From the NCBI GenBank assembly GCA_040756235.1, contig JBFLZG010000055.1:1-18866 (forward strand): a DNA stretch of 18,866 nt. The letters are read 5' to 3'. This document shows, piece after piece, positions 1 through 7,671 of the stretch (within the stretch, counting starts at the first letter, position 1; each line of letters opens with the position of its first letter). The position numbers and the translations under genes were made by a program. Under the pieces are notes generated by a model that worked only from the letters and a program-made list of their open reading frames with translations, was not told the DNA's origin and did no database searches. The DNA comes from a bacterium (GTDB lineage Bacteria; Desulfobacterota; DSWW01).

Positions 1-1277
1 GCCCCCCCGGGATTCCCTTTTGTCCCTCCGGGCGGCGGGGTCCTGCCGGGTGGGGCCTTGCGGCCGGTCGCCGGCGCCGGAGCAGACGGCGGTCCTTCGC
101 GAGGAGGCCTGTCCGGGGGAAAGCGGCCCGCCGCGGACGACTTCTCGAGATCCAGAACGCGCTGCAGGAGCTCCGGAAGAGGCTCGAGCCTGGACAGCTG
201 GGCCATCTTGATCAGCGTGACCTCGAGACCGACTCTCGGCAGACTGGAGCGCAACACGTCCCTCTCTGCGCGGATCAGCAGCGACACCAGCCGACGAAGA
301 TCCTCCGGGCTCGACTTCGCCGCCTGTTTTCTGAGGTCCTCGACTTCGGCGCGGGTCATCTGCAGCATCGTCTCGGGGTCCGGCAGGATCGAGGCAACGA
401 GCAGGTTGCGGAAGTGTTCCACCAGGTCCTGGTAGAAGGGGCCGAGATCGTAGCCGAGGCGGTAGAGCTCATCGAGCGCCTGGAAGCAGCCGGCGGCGTT
501 CTGATCGAGCACCGCCTCGGAAATGCGGAAGAAGAGGTCCCGGCTCGCCATGCCCAGGATTTCGATCACCGCCTCTTCCGCAACGGTCGATCCGCAGTAG
601 GAGATCATCTGGTCGAGCAGGCTCTGGCCGTCCCGCATGCTTCCGTCCGCGGCCTTTGCGATCCTGGCGAGGGCGGCGTCACCGATCTGAATGCCCTCGG
701 AGGCGGTGATCTCCTTGAGCCTTTGCTGGATTCTGGCCCGCGGAATGCGATGGAAGTCGTAGCGCTGACAGCGCGACTGGATCGTATCCGGAACCTTCTG
801 GGGCTCCGTGGTGGCAAAGATGAACAGGACGTGCTCCGGCGGTTCTTCGAGCGTCTTCAGGAGAGCGTTGAAGGCGCTTCTGGACAGCATGTGGACTTCG
901 TCGATGATGTAGATGCGCTTCTTGCCCTGCCGGGCCATGTACTTGACGTTTTCCCTGAGCTCGCGCACGTCCTCGACACTCGTGTTCGAGGCGCCGTCGA
1001 TCTCGAAAACGTCGATGCTCCTGCCCTCGACGATCTCCTGGCAGAAGGTGCAGCGGTTGCACGGCTCCGGGGTCGGCCCGTTCTCGCAGTTCAGGCTCTT
1101 GGCCAGGATGCGTGCGACCGAGGTCTTGCCGACGCCGCGCGGGCCGGCGAACAGGAACGCGTGGGCCACGCGCCCGCTGCGCACGGCGTTCCGGAGGGTC
1201 CGGGAGATGAACTCCTGGCCCACCACGTCCTCGAAGGTCTGTGGTCTCCATTTGCGGGCCAGGACGAGATAGGACAT
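1..1277 (-). CDS. dnaX: DNA polymerase III subunit gamma/tau (3' end runs off the window)
   Basis: Absent from the ORF track; translated by hand from ATG at 1277: MSYLVLARKWRPQTFEDVVGQ...HAFLFAGPRGVGKTSVARILAKSLNCENGPTPEPCNRCTFC (Walker A, Zn-binding Cys), then IYIIDEVHMLS, AFNALLKTLEEPP and SRC motifs. The frame stays open into a Pro-rich linker at the window edge. Confidence 0.97.
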   Translation of the reverse strand, partial: MSYLVLARKWRPQTFEDVVGQEFISRTLRNAVRSGRVAHAFLFAGPRGVGKTSVARILAKSLNCENGPTPEPCNRCTFCQEIVEGRSIDVFEIDGASNTSVEDVRELRENVKYMARQGKKRIYIIDEVHMLSRSAFNALLKTLEEPPEHVLFIFATTEPQKVPDTIQSRCQRYDFHRIPRARIQQRLKEITASEGIQIGDAALARIAKAADGSMRDGQSLLDQMISYCGSTVAEEAVIEILGMASRDLFFRISEAVLDQNAAGCFQALDELYRLGYDLGPFYQDLVEHFRNLLVASILPDPETMLQMTRAEVEDLRKQAAKSSPEDLRRLVSLLIRAERDVLRSSLPRVGLEVTLIKMAQLSRLEPLPELLQRVLDLEKSSAAGRFPPDRPPREGPPSAPAPATGRKAPPGRTPPPGGTKGNPGG

Positions 1278-1347
1278 CTTACCTTCGAGGCTTCCTGAGG
1301 AAGGATCGATAAACGCCGATGCCGGACCCCGACAGCCGGCAAAAAGG

Positions 1348-1627
1348 GCTTGGTCGTGCACCCTTTCTCGACAACCACCAACAAGGCGGAAACGGAGAGG
1401 AATAAATCAGGCCAGGATACTCCACGGCACCCAAGCGAAACTACCTACCGTTGCTTCCTTCCGGACCTGGCGGGGTTCGGCAGCCGCTTGCTGCGTGGGT
1501 CCCAGCCTTCAACTTTATCCCCGCCGCCCAGTCCCTTACCAGTGGGTGCCTCAAAAGGGAATTCGACCCCGCTTAAGCGGATTTCGGGCAGAGGGCACCG
1601 CTAGTTCCCCGTCTAGCACGACCAAGC
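1348..1627 (-). ncRNA. ffs: Signal recognition particle RNA, large (Alu-domain-containing) bacterial type, about 280 nt
   Basis: Minus strand has the conserved helix-8 motif GCCAGGTCCGGAAGGAAGCAACGG and a Bacillus-scRNA-like Alu 5' domain (CGTGCTAGACGGGGAACTAGCGGTGCCCT). A perfect 12-bp terminal helix pairs 1348-1359 with 1616-1627. It lies directly upstream of dnaX. Confidence 0.95.
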
Positions 1628-1646
1628 TTTTCGATGCTTCATTTTT

Positions 1647-1739
1647 TGGCGGAGAGAGAGGGATTCGAACCCTCGAGGCGGCTTTCGCTGCCCACACGAT
1701 TTCCAGTCGTGCTCCTTAAGCCAACTCGGACATCTCTCC
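1647..1739 (-). tRNA. tRNA-Ser (anticodon GGA)
   Basis: Minus-strand cloverleaf: acceptor GGAGAGA/TCTCTCC, anticodon arm CACGA-CTGGAAA-TCGTG, long variable arm, T-loop GGTTCGAATCC, discriminator G, encoded CCA at 1647-1649. Confidence 0.98.
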
Positions 1740-1748
1740 GTTCGTCTC

Positions 1749-1777
1749 ATGTTAAGGGAAGCCGTCTGTCTTGTAAA
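1749..1777 (-). promoter_or_regulatory. sigma70-type promoter for tRNA-Ser / SRP RNA / dnaX
   Basis: TTTACA (1777-1772), 17-nt spacer, TAACAT (1754-1749), 9 nt upstream of the tRNA 5' end. Confidence 0.7.
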
Positions 1778-1849
1778 GGCTTCCGAGGCGTTGGAAACGG
1801 TGTTCCGTCGAAGCGCCCGAGGCCCGAGGCTTGCGCTCTTTACCGACTT

Positions 1850-2440
1850 TCACAGCAGCCGGACGGCGTTGCAGAGATCGCTGCCCGCCGCGCGCGCTTC
1901 TTCCAGGTGTTCCGGGTGTCGCAGCACGTCCCCTTCCAGATCCAGGCTCCGATAAAGCAGGGACCTCCAGAGCTCGCAATCCATGGCCTCGAAGTAGTAG
2001 CGCACGGAGAGCAGGGCACCCTCGAAGAGCCGCTTGCCCTTGGTGGCGCCGGCGGAGATGAACAGTCCCTTCCTGGCCGCGCGGGCAGGTTCCGCCGGGG
2101 GCGCGGCCAGCCAGTGCTTCTTCACCCAGAGGGACTGGCACCTGTCCATGAGGATCTTCGTATGGGCGCTCACGGCGTAGAAGAAGATCGGCGAGGCGAG
2201 CATGATTCCCTGGCACTCGAGAATTTGATCGTGGACGTCTGCGAAGTCGTCCTGGATGACGCAACGGCCGGTCTGCCGGCACCCGTAGATCTCCAGGCAC
2301 GGAGACATCTTCAGGTCGCGCAGCACGATCTCGCGTACATCGGCTCCCGCCTCCCGGGCCCCGAGGACGGCCTGTTGGAGAAGGAGAGAAGTGTTGCCGC
2401 GGCGGCGCGGGCTGCCGTGGATGGCGAGGATCTTCGGCAT
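1850..2440 (-). CDS. Flavodoxin-fold NADPH-dependent FMN reductase / iron-sulfur flavoprotein (Isf)-like protein
   Basis: MPKILAIHGSPRRRGNT FMN-binding loop; PCLEIYGCRQTGRCVIQDD Cys cluster; ASPIFF...KILMDRCQ. Start is ATG 2440 or 2452; the ORF-track extension to 2725 is not credible. Confidence 0.9.
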   Translation of the reverse strand: MPKILAIHGSPRRRGNTSLLLQQAVLGAREAGADVREIVLRDLKMSPCLEIYGCRQTGRCVIQDDFADVHDQILECQGIMLASPIFFYAVSAHTKILMDRCQSLWVKKHWLAAPPAEPARAARKGLFISAGATKGKRLFEGALLSVRYYFEAMDCELWRSLLYRSLDLEGDVLRHPEHLEEARAAGSDLCNAVRLL

Positions 2441-2666
2441 CGGCTCTCTCATGGAGAATGGTATCGAAAGTGTAGCATTCACCTCTGCCCGCGCCAAGGC
2501 ACGGCATGCAGCGCCGTCCGCTGCGCCTGCCTCCTGTAGCCCTTCTTTGCTCTCTGTAAAGAAACCTGACGCAGCGCGCCTCGATTTTGTTGTCGAGCCC
2601 GTGCTGGAAGCAGAGAAAAACCAGTTATTCCGGACCGATCCGGCGGACGGATAGGTCTTTCCGGAC

Positions 2667-2682
2667 TGGCACAAGGCTTGCT
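2667..2682 (+). promoter_or_regulatory. sigma54 (RpoN) -24/-12 promoter
   Basis: TGGCAC-AAGGC-TTGCT matches consensus TGGCAC-N5-TTGCW exactly, 41 nt upstream of the ATG at 2724. Confidence 0.75.
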
Positions 2683-2723
2683 CGAAGAAGAGGTCGAAGG
2701 CGCGAGACGGAAAGGAGAAAGCC

Positions 2724-2930
2724 ATGGATACGAGAGGAAATGTCGCGCGAAAAGACGAGTTCTACCCGATCTTTCCGGAGTGGGAGGAGGCCAAGGAGTG
2801 GGCCAGGAAAGTGTTCACCAGGGACCGGGTCGCCGAAGCGACCCTTACGGGGGTGACGGTGATCATCCTCGGGGTGCTCTTCTATGCGCTGGGCTCGGCC
2901 CTGAACAACTACACGATCACGGGGTATTAG
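2724..2930 (+). CDS. Small hypothetical single-pass membrane protein (68 aa)
   Basis: RBS AAAGGAG before ATG, upstream sigma54 motif, C-terminal hydrophobic helix VTVIILGVLFYALGSAL, and it fills the gap between flanking genes. Confidence 0.75.
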   Translation: MDTRGNVARKDEFYPIFPEWEEAKEWARKVFTRDRVAEATLTGVTVIILGVLFYALGSALNNYTITGY

Positions 2931-3147
2931 CGGCAAGGCGGGGTGCATCGGCGTGACCGGTCGGCAGGGGTCCGGGGAGAACGAGACGGTGCAGGAGCGC
3001 CGGGCCATGTTCGAAGGCACCCCGCGAGTCAACCGGGGGCGGGGCGGCACCGGGAGGGTGTCGCCCCGCTGATTCCCGGAAGGAAGCCAGCCTTGTTGCG
3101 TCTCCTCTGTGATTTCCCGCCCTCCAGGTACCGCGGCCTGCCAGGCG

Positions 3148-5568
3148 TCAGTCTTTCTTCTTGTCCGGGACATCCTTGGGCTCGGGGCTCCTGAAGGTCT
3201 TCATGGCCTCGGCCAGCTCCCGCAGGCGCATGTCCGCGAGATAGTTGACGGTGCCCTCACGGAACGAGCCGGTTTCGCCTTTCACGCCCGCCTCGGAGCC
3301 GGTCAGGATCTCGATGCCCTCATCGACCGTCTTCACCGACCAGATATGAAAGCGGCCCTGCCGGACCGCCTCCAGCAGCTCATCCCGCAGCATGAGGTTC
3401 CTGACGTTGCTTTGCGGCAGGATCACCCCCTGCTCGCCGGTCAGCCCACTGGCGCGGCACACCTCGAAATAGCCTTCCACCTTCTCGTTCACGCCGCCGA
3501 TCGCCTGGATCTCCCCCCTCTGGTTCACCGACCCCGTCACGGCGATCCCCTGCCGGATCGGCAATCCCGAAAGCCGGGAGAGAATGGCATAGAGCTCGGT
3601 CGAGGAGGCGGAGTCCCCGTCGATGCCCGAGTAGCTCTGCTCGAACACCAGCCGCGCCGAAAGGCTCAGGGGCTTGTCCTGGGCAAACCTCTCCACGAGG
3701 AAGCCCGACAGGATCATCACGCCCTTGCTGTGAATCGGCCCCCCGAGCTTGGCCTCCCGCTCGATGTCGATGAGGCCGCCCTGCCCCACCCCGATGCTGG
3801 CGGTGATCCGGTTGGGCCGGCCGAAGCTGATGTCGCCCAGATCCATGACGCTCAGACCGTTCACCTGCCCGATCTTGCTTCCGGTCACCTCGACCATCAG
3901 CGTCCCGCGCAAGATCATCTCGCGGATTCTCTGCGCGATCAGGTTCGAGCGATGGAGCTTCTCCTCGATGGCTTTTCTCACGTGGGCTTCCGTGACCCGG
4001 CCGGCTCCCTGCTGGGAGGCGTAGAAGTTGGCCTCCTTGATCAGATCGGAGATCTCGCCGAAACGGGTCGAGAGCTTGTCCTGGTCATCGGCGAGCCGCG
4101 ACCCGTGCTCCACGATCCTGGCCAGGGCCGTTGCGTCCAGGTGCTTGAGGCCCTCCTCTTCGCAGACGGTACAGACAAAGGAGCCGTAGTCGCGGATGTT
4201 CGCCTCGGTGCGGTCCATGGCGGTATCGAACTCTGCCTTGACCTTGAAGAGCTCGCTGAAGTCCTCGTCCCGCCCGTACAGGACGTGATAGAGGAACGAG
4301 GTGCCGATCAGGACGATCTTGACGTCCAACGGCACGGGCTCGGGCTGAATGCCCTTGGTGGTGATGAACCCCAGCCTCTCGCCGGGGTCTTCAATGACGA
4401 TCTCCCGGTTGCGGATCGCGCGCTTGAGGCTGTCCCAGGAAAACAGGTTGGTCAGCAGCTCCTCCACCGGGATGACCAGATAGCCGCCGTTGGCTCTGTG
4501 GAGCGATCCTTCCCGGACCAGGGTAAAATCGGTGACCAAGGTTCCGAACTGGGCTTCGCGGTCGATTCGGCCGAAGAGCCGGTTGTAGGTGGGGTTGAGC
4601 TCGATCACCACCGGCTTTCCGCGCACCGAGGCGTTGTCCACCAGGACATTGACCTCGTACTTCTTCAAGTAAGTTTCCTTTGGAGACGGCATGCCGACGA
4701 GCTGCGGCTGCTGGGCATCCGGCTCGGTGCGGAATTGGGACAGATTCTCCAGCAGGTCGTCCTGGACTTCCTGAAGGTATGCCATGACCTCCGGCACCAG
4801 CCCATACTTCTCCTTCTGGTCCTCGATCAAGTGACCGATGGCGAACAGCGCCACCCGTCGATCCAGGTCCTGGATGGTCTTGCCGGCGCTCTTGTCCAGG
4901 GCCCGGGCCTGCCGCATGGCGATCTTCATCTCTTCCTGAAGCTTCTCCCGTTTGGCGGCGATGGCCTCCTTCAGCTCTTCGGGAAGGCCCTGGTACTCCT
5001 GCTCGTTGAGAGGCCTGCCCTCGAGCACCGGAATCGTCGCGAGGCCGACCGGCGTGGCCTGGAGGGTGAAGCCCTCGCGTTGGGCCGTTGCGTTCACGCG
5101 GGAAAAGATCTCCTCCCGCGCCTGCTGCAGCCCTTTGAGGCTCTCCTCCCGTTTGGCCGCATACTCCTCGCTCTCGAAAGCCCGGCGGATTTCGGTCTGA
5201 ACGTCCTCCACCAGGATCCTCATGTCCTTCTGGAATTCCCTGGCGCTGCCTGCCCGCAGGTTCAAGGCCTTGGGACGGAACGGGTCCTGAAAATTGTAGA
5301 CGTAACAGAGATCGTCCGGAACGGGTTTGTCCCTGGCGTCCTCCATGTGTAAGCGCTTGACTGCAGGGGTCCTGCCCGTACCGGGCAGGCCGGCGACATA
5401 GATGTTGAACCCGAGGTCGCGAATCCCCAGGCCGAAGCGGAGCGATCGCACCGCGCGCTCCTGCCCGATGATGGCTTCCAGGGGTTTGGCCTCGGCGCTC
5501 GACTCGAATGGCAGGGTTCGGGGGTCCAGGACCCTGCGCAGTCTGTCAACCGTAAGCTCGGAAACCAT
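3148..5568 (-). CDS. Lon-like protease (LonB/LonC-type AAA-like domain plus S16 protease domain), about 806 aa
   Basis: RBS GGAGG then MVSELTVDRL; IIGQERAV; GSLHRANGGYL; Lon protease motifs GGPIHSKG, FEQSYSGIDGDSAS (catalytic Ser) and AIGGVNEKVEG (catalytic Lys). Confidence 0.93.
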   Translation of the reverse strand: MVSELTVDRLRRVLDPRTLPFESSAEAKPLEAIIGQERAVRSLRFGLGIRDLGFNIYVAGLPGTGRTPAVKRLHMEDARDKPVPDDLCYVYNFQDPFRPKALNLRAGSAREFQKDMRILVEDVQTEIRRAFESEEYAAKREESLKGLQQAREEIFSRVNATAQREGFTLQATPVGLATIPVLEGRPLNEQEYQGLPEELKEAIAAKREKLQEEMKIAMRQARALDKSAGKTIQDLDRRVALFAIGHLIEDQKEKYGLVPEVMAYLQEVQDDLLENLSQFRTEPDAQQPQLVGMPSPKETYLKKYEVNVLVDNASVRGKPVVIELNPTYNRLFGRIDREAQFGTLVTDFTLVREGSLHRANGGYLVIPVEELLTNLFSWDSLKRAIRNREIVIEDPGERLGFITTKGIQPEPVPLDVKIVLIGTSFLYHVLYGRDEDFSELFKVKAEFDTAMDRTEANIRDYGSFVCTVCEEEGLKHLDATALARIVEHGSRLADDQDKLSTRFGEISDLIKEANFYASQQGAGRVTEAHVRKAIEEKLHRSNLIAQRIREMILRGTLMVEVTGSKIGQVNGLSVMDLGDISFGRPNRITASIGVGQGGLIDIEREAKLGGPIHSKGVMILSGFLVERFAQDKPLSLSARLVFEQSYSGIDGDSASSTELYAILSRLSGLPIRQGIAVTGSVNQRGEIQAIGGVNEKVEGYFEVCRASGLTGEQGVILPQSNVRNLMLRDELLEAVRQGRFHIWSVKTVDEGIEILTGSEAGVKGETGSFREGTVNYLADMRLRELAEAMKTFRSPEPKDVPDKKKD

Positions 5569-5840
5569 GTGGCTGTACCTCCGTCGTTGCCGAGAATCGA
5601 TCACAGGGGTTTCGTTTTCGTCTCGTGTCCGGATAGAGTGTGGCTGGAGATCCGCCGCGGGGCCCACGCGCCCGGAGGCACGCAAGGACCGCACGCCCTG
5701 AGGGCGAACGTGTTGAGAGCGTGTATAGAATTATTCCATTAGGGCATGAGGGTCAACCTGGACCGGGGAGACCGAGGCGCCTCGATCTCGACCGGGTCGA
5801 CCGCTTGGCAGGGCATGGCGCCGCGTGTTCCCTGTCATCA

Positions 5841-6003
5841 GAGGCTGTCGATAAACGGCCATCTGCGGCGTTGCGCTCATGGCGCGGCATGGAGGCGGGG
5901 AGCCTGCCCCGGCGAAGGCCGGGGTCATTGCGGCGTACTTCCGTGTACGCCTCATTCCTCAGGATTTCGCGCGCCTTGCATCTGGCCATTTCTCAACAGC
6001 CTC
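5841..6003 (+). mobile_element. MITE-like repeat, copy 1 (163 bp)
   Basis: Imperfect 26-bp terminal inverted repeats (GAGGCTGTCGATAAACGGCCATCTGC vs GAGGCTGTTGAGAAATGGCCAGATGC, 21/26 match), internal hairpins, no transposase; 161/163 identical to the reverse complement of 6792-6954. Confidence 0.8.
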
Positions 6004-6048
6004 ACCAGAGGTGTTCTTCGACACGCTCTCGAAAGGAGGGAAGAAACC

Positions 6049-6330
6049 ATGGAGAAGAACGGTAAACCCTGGCACAGGGTCGTCGGCAGGATCAAGGAGA
6101 CACGGGGAACGTGCCAGGTCGGCCACAAGGCGGGCGACACGCTCGAGCTCGACGCACACGATCCGGCCGGCATCTGCGGATTCCTCTTCCACAGTGCCTT
6201 CCCCTACCTGGTCATGCTCCAGTTCGGGGGCGGGTTTCCGCCGGAGTGGGGAGGGCCGGACGTGGTCGAGCTCGACTGTCCCGACCGTGCGAATGCGGTA
6301 ACGCTGGAGCTCAGGCGCATGCGCGAGTGA
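6049..6330 (+). CDS. TIGR04076-family small Cys-containing protein (93 aa)
   Basis: RBS AAAGGAGG; pattern GTCQVGHKAGD...GICGFLFHSAFPYLVMLQFGGGFP...CPD...VTLELRR is typical of this family. Confidence 0.85.
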   Translation: MEKNGKPWHRVVGRIKETRGTCQVGHKAGDTLELDAHDPAGICGFLFHSAFPYLVMLQFGGGFPPEWGGPDVVELDCPDRANAVTLELRRMRE

Positions 6331-6420
6331 GCGCGGATCGCTCGCGTCCGTCCTTCTTCTGGCCCGGTGGCGCAGCAGCACCGAGACGCGACGGATCCAT
6401 GGCATGGAAGGCCGCAATGA

Positions 6421-6630
6421 TCAACGGTCGATCGGGCGGGGTTTGACCGAGTCCAGGCGCTTCTTGTAGACCATGACATCGGCCTGCCGATACCGCCAGA
6501 ACCTGCCCTGCTTGACGGCACGAAGTTTCCCTTTCCGGGCGAGCAGAATGACGTCATCCGGGCTGCAATCCAGAATCCTCGCCACGTCCTTGGATCTCAG
6601 CAGTTTCTCCTGTTTTGCCTGCTTTACCAT
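6421..6630 (-). CDS. Excisionase-like / MerR-superfamily helix-turn-helix DNA-binding protein (69 aa)
   Basis: LLRSKDVARILDCSPDDVILLARKGKLRAVKQGRFWRYRQADV fits the HTH_17/excisionase pattern; ATG 6630 with GAAGGG upstream. Confidence 0.85.
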   Translation of the reverse strand: MVKQAKQEKLLRSKDVARILDCSPDDVILLARKGKLRAVKQGRFWRYRQADVMVYKKRLDSVKPRPIDR

Positions 6631-6791
6631 ATATCCCTTCCGCTGGGCACGAATCTCCTGTAAAGGAGGCTGGAAACGCAAACGAAAGCCCACTGATAAG
6701 CAACAAAATTAGACCCTACGCAGGACAAAATGGTTCTGCTCCTCGAGGAAGACCGCCCCCAAAAAGAGGGTGTCGAAAAACACCCTCTTGA

Positions 6792-6954
6792 GAGGCTGTT
6801 GAGAAATGGCCAGATGCAAGGCGCGCGACATCCTGAGGAATGAGGCGTACACGGAAGTACACCGCAATGACCCCGGCCTTCGCCGGGGCAGGCTCCCCGC
6901 CTCCATGCCGCGCCATGAGCGCAACGCCGCAGATGGCCGTTTATCGACAGCCTC
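6792..6954 (-). mobile_element. MITE-like repeat, copy 2 (inverted relative to copy 1)
   Basis: Reverse complement of 5841-6003 with 2 substitutions; adjacent hairpin AAGAGGGTG-TCGAAAAA-CACCCTCTT at 6764-6789. Confidence 0.8.
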
Positions 6955-6997
6955 AAAAAGGAGAGGGCAGCGGGTTCTCTCTGCTGCCCTCTCTTTT
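6955..6997. terminator. Intrinsic terminator, possibly bidirectional, downstream of the ferritin-like gene
   Basis: 11-bp stem GAGAGGGCAGC / GCTGCCCTCTC flanked by AAAAAG on the left and TTTT on the right. Confidence 0.7.
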
Positions 6998-7022
6998 CCG
7001 GTTTCAGCTGCCTAGATGCGGA

Positions 7023-7511
7023 TCAGATCGCCTCCAGATTGACGTCGCGCGTGGCCAGACGGGTCAACCTGTGGTCGGTCTCACCTTCTTCATTCAGGGT
7101 CTCCTGCAGAAGGTCCGCCTGGTCCTCGTACCCGAGATGCCGGGCGTACGAGCGCAAGGTGCCGTAGGCCGCCATCTCGTAATGCTCGACCTTCTGGGCG
7201 GACGCGATCAGAGCCGCATCCAGCACTTCAGGCTCCGGCTTCTGCTTGATGATCTCCTCGCCGTCCCGGATGATTCCCCGGATGCCCTCGCATTTCTTTG
7301 CCTTCGGTTTCTCGCCAAGGAGATCGAAAACCTTCTCGAGACGCTCCTTCTGCCTCTTGGTGACCTCGAGGTGCTCGTGGAAAGCATTCTGGACGTCGCC
7401 GTGAGAGGATGCTTTGGCCATCTTCGGCAGCGCGCTGAGGATCTGCTCCTCGACGTCGTACAAGTCCCGCAATTCCTCCAGGTAGAGTTTCTTCAGGGAG
7501 TCTATCTTCAT
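7023..7511 (-). CDS. Ferritin-like DUF892 (YciE/YciF family) protein
   Basis: LYLEELRDLYDVEEQILSALPKMAKA...HLEVT..Q.ERLE.VF...CEGI.G...DAALIASAQKVEHYEMAAYGTL...TLNEEGETD; RBS GGAG. Confidence 0.93.
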   Translation of the reverse strand: MKIDSLKKLYLEELRDLYDVEEQILSALPKMAKASSHGDVQNAFHEHLEVTKRQKERLEKVFDLLGEKPKAKKCEGIRGIIRDGEEIIKQKPEPEVLDAALIASAQKVEHYEMAAYGTLRSYARHLGYEDQADLLQETLNEEGETDHRLTRLATRDVNLEAI

Positions 7512-7671
7512 GGATGTCTCCTTCCTGCGGCATTCCTATTGGTTAGATGGGTTTCACCATCTACCCTTGGATGCAGGCTTTGCGGGTTCGTTGCCGGTGG
7601 TGGGGCGATGCCCCGGAGGCTGGCTGCAAGGCGGGGATTTCCCGGGGTTTTTCACGCTCGGCGCTGGCGCC

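Noticed and set aside
1..60. dnaX programmed -1 frameshift site (gamma/tau)
   Set aside because: ACA AAA GGG is not the A AAA AAG slippery heptamer, and any downstream signal lies outside the window.
3109..5352. Long plus-strand ORFs (747 aa here; also 414-1298, 8122-9267, 10700-11707, 15829-16893, 16679-18115)
   Set aside because: Antisense shadows of well-supported minus-strand genes in GC-rich DNA; no motifs.
5746..6048. ORFs reading through the MITE copies (e.g. N-terminal extension of 5746-6330; 6624-6956)
   Set aside because: They are translations of the repeat itself; the real gene starts at ATG 6049 behind a strong RBS.
1647..6630. tRNA-anchored genomic island or prophage suggested by the excisionase-like gene
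   Set aside because: No integrase or att duplication is seen, and the tRNA 3' end abuts the SRP RNA and dnaX.
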